A DNA stretch of 64,000 nucleotides from the human T2T-CHM13v2.0 reference genome, Homo sapiens, in the NCBI RefSeq assembly GCF_009914755.1, contig NC_060933.1; one strand, given 5' to 3'. Positions 54,689 to 64,000 of this stretch are shown piece by piece. The notes under the pieces were generated by a model. That model was not told where the DNA came from, searched no databases, and worked only from the letters and a program-made list of their open reading frames with translations. The translations under genes were made by a program, and so were the position numbers. Position 1 is the first letter of the stretch. Every line of letters starts with the position of its first letter.

Positions 54689-56050
54689 ATTTACAAACGT
54701 GCAGATGTGTGGCCATGAGAAAGTTACATAAAATGGGGATGTATTATTCCTTTTTCACACGGCTATAAATAACTACCTGAGACTGTAAATGCAGAGATCT
54801 AAAACACGCTTTAAAAAGGGGTCACCTCTTGGGAGGAGATGAGACTGTGCTAAGAGGGTGAGCAGGTTCTTCACTTGTTGCCTCTGTGTAGTAGGATTTT
54901 ATTGTTTGGAAGTTGGTCTAGAAACATGGCCAACAATTGTAGTTTTAAAAAATACATAAAGCAAAAACAACAGACTAAATTTAACTAACATACCTTCCTC
55001 GCAGATCCTTAAGTTGTACCAAATCACAGAGGGACCACATCATGAGAGGAAGAGTCTGCTCCGAGACAGGGCCTCCATGCCTGAGCCAGCTCTCAAGCAC
55101 AAGGCACTCCTCCCCTGGCTTGTTTACCCAGTCACAAGACTTAGCAGTTGAAAATGTGCACCCTGAAAAAAAAGTCATATTAGCCTCACAACTTTCCTGT
55201 TTTATTCTTAGAGAAATTCAGAATTATTCCTATAATAAATCGTTGGAAAATAAACTATTCATGATGACTCTCTATTCATTCCCTCACTTGCCATCCATTC
55301 ATGGAGAGTTCAGGCAGTCTCCGGATGCTAAGGATGGAAGACAGCACCTGCCCTCATCGAGTCTAGTCTAGCAGAGGCAGAGAAGTATTAAAGAAGAAAT
55401 TTCAATGTTGGTCATCACAGTTATGACAGGCACAATTCAGGGCATTATGAAAGTGCATGGCAGGGCTGCCAGAGCTAGTTAACCAGTCCTGAGAGGCCTC
55501 TGTGAGGAAATGACGTTGAAGCTGAAGATCTATAGGAGTTAGCCAGGTGAGGGGAGATAGGAATGAGGGGCGAGAAATGGGGAGCACTTCAGGCAGAGGG
55601 AACAGCATGGGCCAAAGCCTGGAAAGAAGAATGAGCATGGTGAATTTGAGGAAATGAAATAAATCCTACAAGGGCTACTGAAGAAAACAGGAAAGAGTCG
55701 ACTGAGGTAATGGAGGAAGGAGGGCAGGCCTGGAGGAATTTGCAAGCCATGCTAAAGATGTTAGACTTCGTGGGGAGCCACAAAGTCACTGAAACAGAAC
55801 AGTGACATGATCAGATTTGCATTTTAAATGCCCTCTGGCCGCCCTGTGAGGAATAGAGGGGAACAGGACTGAACACAGGTAGACCCACTAGGGAAGTGTC
55901 CACTTCAGACAGGCAGGTGCTGATGTTGCCTTGAAGTAGGATGGCACAGACAGAAAGAAGTAGATGGGCACCAAAGGACATAGAATCAGTAAGAACTGTG
56001 GGAACCTGAATGTGGGTGGAGAAGGAAGGGAAGAGTAGGGGTTGACTCCC

Positions 56051-56488
56051 TATAGTGGGTTAAATGGTGGCCCCTAAAAGGTAGGTCCACATCCTAACTC
56101 CAGAAACCTAAGAATGTGACCTTATTTGGAAGTCTTTGGGGGATATAATTAAGGATATTAAGATGAGATCACTTTAGATCACCCAAGTGGGCTCTAAATC
56201 CAATGACAAATGTCCTTATAAAAGACACACAGAGTAGAGAGGCCAGGTGGAGAAGGCTGTGTAAAGATGCAGGCAGAGATTGGAGCAATGCAGCCACAAG
56301 CCAAGGAACGCCTGGAGCCACTGGAAGCTGCAAAAGGCAAAGAAGGATTCTCCCCTAGAGCCTTCAGAGAGACGGTGGGCTTGCTGACACACCTCGATTC
56401 AGACTTCTGGCCTCCAGAACTGTGAAATAATCATCTTCAGTTGTTTAAAACTAGCACACTTGTTGAGGCAGCTCTAGGAAACCAATAC
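56051..56488 (+). mobile_element. MLT1C/D-like solo LTR
   Basis: TATAGTGGGTTAAATGGTGGCCCC...GAATGTGACCTTATTTGGA...GGAAACCAATACA; TSD CTCCC/CTCCT. Confidence 0.8.
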
Positions 56489-56519
56489 ACTCCTCAGCTG
56501 CTAGCTGGATCAGCAAGCA

Positions 56520-57003
56520 CAGTGGTCCCCAACCTTTTTGGCACCAGGGACCAGTTTCGTGGAAAACAATTTTTCCATGGACCAGGTTGAGGGATGGTTT
56601 CAGGATGATTCAAGTGCATTATATTTATGGTGTACTTTATTTCTATTATTATTACATTGTAATATATAATGAAATAATTATACAACTCACCATAATGTAC
56701 AATCAGTAAGAGCTCTGAGCTTGTTTTCCTTCAACTAGACGGTCCCATCTAGGGGTGATGGGAGATAGTGACAGGTCATCAGGCATTAGATTCTCATAAG
56801 GAGCATGCAACCTACATCCCTCACATGCACGGTTCACAACAGGGTTCACACTCCTATGAGAATCTAATACTGCCCTTGATCTGGCAGGAGGTGGAGCTCA
56901 GGTGGTAATGCTCACTCACTGCCGCTCATCTCCTGCTGGGCAGTCCGGTTCCTAATGGGCCAATGACCAGTACCAGTCCGTGGCCCAGGGGTTGGGGATC
57001 CTA
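56520..57003. mobile_element. MER1A hAT-Charlie element
   Basis: CAGTGGTCCCCAACCTTTTTGGCACCAGGGACC...GGGGTTGGGGATCC terminal inverted repeats. Confidence 0.85.
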
Positions 57004-58477
57004 GAGTTAGTGGATACAGGTGTGCCATTTATTGAGCCAGGGAATGGAGGAGAAGCAATTTGAAGGCCAGATGACTTCAGCTTCAGATGTGCTGAATTTG
57101 CGGGGCCTGGGAAACAGTCAGGTGTAGGCATCCATTTACATGGAGCCACTCCACCGTCACAGCGCCTGACCATTTGTGGCAGCCCTGGCTCCAAAAGGCT
57201 GTGAGATAGATGGATCTGAGACTCAGGCAGGAGGTCCACATTGGAGTTCTAGGTTTGAGAACTTCCAGCATATATCCCTAGGTTAAAGTGATGGAAGTAA
57301 AAGCCATTGTTGGGGGAGATCCCCTAGAAGTGGAAGGCCTGGGACTCTACCCTGAAGAGTGGCAAGTATGTGAGCCACTGGGAAAGGAAACTGAGAAGGA
57401 AATGAAAAACGGTCAGGGGATCAGAACAGAACAAGACAGGGGAATCTTTTAATTATTCCAGAGTTAAAAAATTATCTTTATGAAATTTCAGATAAAGTTG
57501 ATAAAAATAATTCACAGTTTTTTTAGAGCTTCCATTAGTAAAGAAGAAAAAGTCAGTAGTGCATGCTATATATCATAGTTCATGCTAGACATGGAGAGGA
57601 ATAAAATCTCACCATGACATTGCTATACTTTGACTGTGACTGTGTACTCAGAAGGTAAAGTCAAAATTTCATTTAAAATCTTCTTTTCATATCAATACTT
57701 AGCTACTCTGGAGATACTGCTCTTGATTAGACTGAATCATCTGTGGAAGAGAAGTCAAACTACACAGAGGTAAGATAAAGGAAGAATGACCATGTAAACA
57801 TGACATGAAAAAGATCTAAGGTCATGATAGGTTAAATTGGGTCATAAGTTAGAAATTCAGAGCTACCTCTTAACTAACCAAGCAGAAGAAAAATCATCAC
57901 TCCCCACACAAAAACCAGCATGAAAAGATGCACAAGAACCCAGCATAGCCCCTCACACACAGAAAGTGCCTAAATAATGTGAATTTCCTTCTTGTTTCCT
58001 AAGGTCTTTCACTGAAACTTATAAATTAAAATATAATAATTTTGATATGTGAATTCATTTTCCTCTGATATTTGGTATTGCTTACACCTTTATTTAACAA
58101 GAGCAACAGCCAAAGTGAGGGAAGATGAAGTAGAAATGAAGTCACCAAGGTGAGATGAGGTCAGATGGAGGTGGGTGGGGCCAGGGGAGGGCAGATCATG
58201 TGGGACCTTCCAGGCCATTGTAAGTGTTTTAGATTTTATTCCCAGTGATACTGAAAGCCTGTGGAAGGTTTTGAAACAGTGTGATTAATATTATTTCAAC
58301 AACAGTACACATTTATGAATGAATAAATGTTCTAAATCCATCAGTATTAAAACAGTAAATAAGTATTATAAGAACTTTTTGGATTGCTTAAGCCTTCATA
58401 ACTTTCCCAATGTTTGTTATTCTTGTGGCCTCTCATCTGCTTGAGTTGAAAAGGACATCTTGGTATATGTCTTTTAT

Positions 58478-58611
58478 CCACCACACCTGGCTAATTTTTT
58501 GCATTTTTAGTAGAGACATGGTTTCACTGTGTTAGCCAGGATGGTCTCGATCTCCTGACCTCATGATCCTCCTGCCTCGTGATCCTCCTGCCTCAGCTAC
58601 TGCGCCTGGCC
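58478..58611 (-). mobile_element. Rearranged Alu left-arm fragment
   Basis: Antisense Alu left monomer with TGATCCTCCTGCCTC duplicated and an internal deletion; no right arm or tail. Confidence 0.85.
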
Positions 58612-58869
58612 AAGATCATTTTTTAACTCTGGAATAATTAAAAGATTCCCCTGTCTTGTTCTGTTTTGATCCCCTGACCATTTTTCATTTCCTTCTCACT
58701 TTCCTTTCCCAGTGGCTCACATACTTGCCACTCTTCAGTACCTGTGTGTTTTGGAGAAAGTAAGGAAGAACAGGGTCTGCTGTGTGAAGTCTCATGAGTA
58801 AGGAGGAACCCCCAAGACAGAGAGGATGGTGGAAAGGAAAGGAAAGCAGCCAAAATTTGTGGTCTATTT

Positions 58870-59382
58870 TTGAGAGGCAATTCTCCACGGATCTCCCACA
58901 TCTCTGTATGCCTGTCGAGCAAAGACACTGACAGTGTTTCCTCCAGAATATATTTCCTAGGATGTTTATACAGCAAAACCCTTGGAAGACAGAGATGGTG
59001 TCTCTCTCAAGAGAAAAGGAAAGGCATGCTTATTGCCCATTAGCATTATTTTAGTAAAAGCACAGTTATGGGTCAATAAATGTTGGTTCTTTATATTTGG
59101 ATTTGGATTCCTTATGTCAGACTTCATCTCATGTAATGCAATCCACTGCCATATCTAGTATCTCCTGGCCCTGATCACATAGCTTCTGTGGGACCTGAGG
59201 ACAAGGAGAACAGATGCAAGAAAATGCGAATGCACTGGATGTTACCATTGATGTCAGTAAGAAGTCCTTTTTCTCTGACCCAGGAGTCATGTGTCTTCCA
59301 CCAGCATCTGTGAAACTATGGCAGGCTGACTTGCTGGCCTGCATGCAGGATAAAAATCTCAGACCTTCTACAGTTGTTGACA
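58870..59382 (+). mobile_element. MER21/MER68/MER77-family LTR
   Basis: 3' end TCTCTGACCCAGGAGTC...AAAATCTCAGACCTTCTACAGTTGTTGACA. Confidence 0.65.
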
Positions 59383-59471
59383 CAAATGAGAGTAAAACCA
59401 AAGCCCAGCAGTGGTCAAGAACTTAAGTACAGGTAATTCCCTGATACCTTTAGGATATTTTAGCCTCAAAG

Positions 59472-59691
59472 TAGTGGTTCTCAACCAGGCATGATTTTGC
59501 CTCCCAGGGGATATTTGGCAGTGTCTGGGGACACTTATGATTGTCACAATTGAAGTATGCTACTGGCATCTAGTGGGTAGAGGTCAAGGATGCTGCTGAA
59601 CATCATATGATATGCAGTGGACCCCCACACACACACAACAAAACAATTTTCACTTCCAAATGTCAATAGTGTTGTGGTTGAGAAATTCTGG
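59472..59691. mobile_element. MER20 hAT-Charlie element
   Basis: AGTGGTTCTCAACC...TACTGGCATCTAGTGGGTAGAGGTCAAGGATGCTGCT...GGTTGAGAAA. Confidence 0.85.
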
Positions 59692-61859
59692 CCTCAATTA
59701 AAGAGGCCATATAATCAACACAGGCACTATAGAGGCCAAAGAGAAATGTGACTCTGCTCCTGCCCCAGGGGAGCTCTCAACCTCACTCCAGCCTTCATCT
59801 TTTCCTTCTGACATCTGTTTCTGTTCATCCCACCTGCTCTCTTTCCCCCACCTCCCATCACTGCTACCTGCTGTTAGTCATCCTATGTCCATCACCCATA
59901 ATTATCCTCTGAGTTCATTCATTATGGGCATAAAAAGTTAGAAACCATACCACAAAATTAAGGTCACACAGGAACCCTATGACTGGGTCAGGAAAGGAAA
60001 CTGCTCACCAGGTCTTGCCCAGACAACCCCTCAACTATGAAATGCCTGGGGTGTTTAAGAAACAGCAAAGTGACCCATGTGGACAGCATGGAGTGAGCAA
60101 GGGAGAAAGTGGCAGAAGACAAGGTTGGATGGGTGATGGCAAACGGACAGACTGCCAAGGGCAGAGCTCCTCAAACTTTAATGTGTGTGTGAATCACCTG
60201 GGGGATTTGCTCAAAGCAGGTTCTGATTATGTAGACCTAGGAGGGACAGGTGATTTTCTACTTCTAAGGAGCTCCAATGTCAATGCTTTTAGAAAATGGA
60301 CCATATTAGAGTACAGGAGTATAGGGTCTCGTAGGCCTTTGCCAGAACTCTAGCTTTTACTCCGAAAAAGATGGAATGCTGCTGGAGGGTTTGGATCAGG
60401 AAATGTAATTTGACATTTCAACAGGACCATCTGACCTCTGTTTTAAGAATATTGAGTACCCAAGAGGAATGAACACATTTTCATTCATAGCAACAATTGC
60501 CATAATAGACTCAAACTGGAATTAATCCACATGACCATCAACAGCAGAATGGATAATTATGGTGTATTCATATAATGGGATACTATAAAACATGGAAAAA
60601 ATAATGTATTACTTCTACAAGCAACAATGTAGATGAATTTCACAGATGTAATGTTGAATTAAGAAAACAGACATAATAAAGTATATACCATATAGTCCCA
60701 TATATAAGGAGCGTTAAAATAGGCAAAATTAATTTATGGGGATAGAAGTCTAGAGAGTGGTGACTTTTAGCACTGAGAGAGGCGGGAGGAAGCCTCCTGC
60801 GGGGGGGCTGGGAATGATCTATCTTTTGATCTGGGTGTTAAGTACACAGGAATAAACATCTGTAGAAATCAAGCTGTACTCTTAAGATTTGTGCACATCA
60901 CTATATCTATGTTATACTTTAACATAAGAAGAAAGGAAGGAGTATTGCAGATGGGCAAGGGTAACAATAGGGAGAGCAGTTAGGAGGCTATAGCACTAAT
61001 CCAGGCAACAAACAGGGGTCTGGGGTAGAGTGACACCAGTGAAAATGGTGAGAAGTGGTTGGATTCTAGATATATTTGGAATTGGGAGCTGAAATGATTT
61101 TCTGATGGACTGGATATAGGTGACATGATGTGTCAAGCAGGCAGTTTGGTATAGCAGTCTGTAGTTATGGCCAAATTCTGGGTTAGAAATATTAATTTGA
61201 AGGCATCAGTTATGCGGGAGTTATTTGAAATTATGAGACTGGATGAAATGCCCCAGGAAGCGAGTATAGATGGTGAAAAGAAGACAATGGCAATCTGAGC
61301 CACAGCCACTCCAGGAATGTGTAACAGTCAGGAAGAAGAGGAGGCAAAGGAGACTGAGACAGCACAGTCAGAGAGACAGGGAGACAGGCTGCAAGTGTGG
61401 TTTCCCAGGAACAACTGAGGAATGTTTTTCAAGGAGGGAGAGATCAACTGTGTCAAAAGTTGCTGAGAAATTGGGTGAGATGAGCACTGAGATATCGCAA
61501 GCTTGTCATTCATTAGTAAACATCTAAAATTCTGCCTGTTACAGAGAAAGCACTCAATAAATATCATAGGATATATGCAGATGATACATAAAAATCTATA
61601 TAAACTCACTATTCTTGCCAAGAGATCATATTTCTGCATTGAAGAAAATAATAAGTCTTCACAAACTGGCCTACTCTTTCACTCTTTCCCCAGCCCTTGA
61701 GGTTTTGACTTAAAATGAGGAAGTAGAGAGGATCTTCTCCCCATTTGGAATAGCCCAAGGGCATGAGCCTAGCCCTCAGTCGCCCTGGTCCTAAAGGTCA
61801 TGGAGAAATGAAGTGTTCTCTTGGCCTGTTCTGTAATTTCTGCTAGAACTTGTGATGAA

Positions 61860-62050
61860 ATGTCCCTCTTTAGAGAAACAGGACTTCCACTTAACCTCTC
61901 TGTGCTTCAGTTTCCTCGTCTACAAAGTGGGAATAATAAAAGTGTCAATCTCATAATTTGTTACAAAGATTAAAGGCGTTCATATATGCAAAGAACCTAC
62001 AACAGCATCTGGCACATAGCAAGTGCTAAATAAGTATTAGGTATTTATGA
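61860..62050 (+). mobile_element. MIR
   Basis: CACTTAACCTCTCTGTGCTTCAGTTTCCTCGTCTACAAAGTGGG. Confidence 0.75.
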
Positions 62051-62064
62051 TATTGTCATGATAT

Positions 62065-62610
62065 TGACAACGTCCTCCAGCTGAAGGTACCAGGAAAATA
62101 CCTACAGTTGATAAAGTTGGCTTATTGACTTGTGCAATGAAGAAGACATGTACCATGGGGAACTGTGGGGTGTCTCAGTAAGAGGGTATTAGAGAGGACT
62201 TAACATAGGACATGGACTTGTGTTAGATATTTGGAGGAGGGCCCAAAGATTACCTGGATTGGATGCTGTCAGGAAGTGGCCATAGTTATATGATGGGATA
62301 TCTTAAGATTTACTTAGAAGCAGGAAGAAAAAAGCAGGCAACAGTGAAAAATAGTAAGGCTGCAGGAGCACTGCTATTAGTCAGCAGGGGGGATGCTTGG
62401 TCATTTCTGTGGTTTTGACAACGTTCATGTGGTTGTCAGTGCCTGGCATGATTACAGAATGGTCTTGTTTTATGTCTTTGTTCATCACAAGTCACAGCAT
62501 GGTCTTGTCTGATGGTGCTGATCTATGAAATTGTTTATGTTCTGCAGGAGAACATGACGGTCTAGCTGATAGTGCCAGGTCAGCCCCCACCTGTCAGGGT
62601 ATGTAAAAAA
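62065..62610 (-). mobile_element. Old ERVL-type LTR (subfamily uncertain)
   Basis: LTR-like composition, ACCATGGGGAACTGTGGGGTGTCTCAGTAAGAGGG; recognised from memory only. Confidence 0.4.
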
Positions 62611-63322
62611 TGCCATGTGCTTTGAGGGGATCATTAAAATACTTTGGAAAGACTTTCCATTTCCTCCAGTACCATCTGGATAATGAGTCATCAGAGAAAA
62701 CCTGGAGAGGTGGGCAGAGAGGAGTAACTGATCTAGGAAGACCCCAATTGCTTAGTCCTAGACATGCTCATCTTCTCTGCTTCGCAAATGATTCACTGAA
62801 AGCTCTCAGAAGGGGCTGGGAATTTTCTAGGTGACCCAAAATAAGTTCATGAAGAAAACAGGAAGAGATAGGAGTTTGTTAGCCTGCACTCCAGGATAAA
62901 ATGGCATTCTCCCTAATGACCGAAGGCCATTATAAGGACAAAGTAGAGAAACCAGCTTCATAGTATGTGAAACGGACCTTCATTGAAGGACAACACCTGT
63001 GGGAACTCCCAGCCAGAAAGCACATCAGGAAACCTGAACTGCCAGGAGAAATATCAAGGAGGAGTGAGGAACAAGGGTGTGATTTCCAGGGTCCTGAAAT
63101 GAAGAATACCCAGGAAGGTTGGTACATCATGTCCAGAAGCACCAGGAAGGTGCCACTGGGGTCAGACAGTCATTGAGGAAATCTAGTGGAGTCAAAGGAA
63201 CCAATGCAGGCCATCTAGAAGATTCTAAAATCCAGATACCAACCCTCGTCTGCTTCAGGATGGGAGGGTATTTTTGCTTAAAATACCAGCAATTCTCAAC
63301 TCTGTGACTAATTCAGTTCTTC

Positions 63323-63389
63323 TGTGTGAATGTGTATATGTGTGTGCGTGTGTGTGTGTGTGTGTGTATGTGTATATATATATATATAT
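63323..63389. repeat. (TG)n(TA)n compound microsatellite
   Basis: tgtgtgtgcgtgtgtgtgtgtgtgtgtatgtgtatatatatatatata. Confidence 0.9.
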
Positions 63390-64000
63390 TTGCCTTTCTC
63401 CATGTAAAATTAGGCCTGAAAAACCACAAAACTGCCAGACGAAGACCTAGACATGTGACACTTTTATCAGAATTTATCAAGGTAGCCTCATGCTGGACCA
63501 GTTTCAAAATTTGAAAGATCACAGGAGAGGCCAAACAGAGTGGTCTCAGGCAGAGAGAGTCAAAGAGGCAGGCTGAGGGGGCTGAAGACCCTTCCCGCCT
63601 TGGCTGTCCCCACAGGGTCCAAGGGCAGAATGCAAACACTATCACATCATTCTCACCTTTCCTCTACAAATGATGTTTATTCTCCTTGGCATTTGATAAT
63701 TCAGCAAATCAAGTTGGGGTTAGTGGCTTTGGAGCCAGAGAGACCCAGATCTTTAACTCAGGCTCCTTCAGGTAATCATTGCCTGATCTCAACCATGGCA
63801 TTCCTCCAAACTGCAGCTTCCCCAATGTACCCAGTCACTCCTACCTTGCAAGGCTGTTGTGTGACTTAGAGATAATATAGGTAAAAAGGCAAACCCAGGT
63901 GTAGCCAACAAAGAAAAATAATATCAAGTCAAGTTTATAGCTATGCTGCTTTTTGTATCTCCACTGGAGATTTTTTAAATGTCTTCAAAACACAAAATGA

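Larger units (their letters stand above)
55270..57420 (-). mobile_element. Fragmented L2, host of the MLT1 and MER1A insertions
   Basis: Purine-rich L2 motifs AGGCAGAGGGAACAGCATG and GTGACATGATCAGATTTGCATTTTA. Confidence 0.6.

Noticed and set aside
54293-54768. 141-aa and 153-aa ORFs
   Set aside because: Both derive from MaLR (THE1/MST) internal sequence.

Overview
This window is human (great-ape type) genomic DNA at the relaxin/PLGRKT locus; the gene content matches chromosome 9p24.1. Both genes are on the minus strand. RLN1 is complete: two coding exons give a 185-aa preprorelaxin H1, plus a 101-nt alternative cassette exon. PLGRKT (plasminogen receptor with C-terminal lysine) contributes its last three coding exons and 3' UTR, and its large upstream intron fills ~35,003-64,000. 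The rest is mostly transposon relics: L1PA/PB/MA/MD/ME, Alu (including an AluYb8 and a near-consensus AluY), THE1/MLT LTRs, MER DNA transposons, MIR and L2. Repeat subfamily names come from recalled consensus sequences, not a database search. I found no evidence of a new protein-coding system. The most unusual signals are: (1) a ~840-bp non-Alu fold-back with ~370-bp arms about 1 kb upstream of a PLGRKT exon; (2) a strong candidate 169-nt poison exon deep in the PLGRKT intron; (3) two local templated duplications, one 127 bp inverted and one 72 bp direct; (4) several rearranged L1 structures (microhomology deletion, possible inversion, possible 3' transduction).
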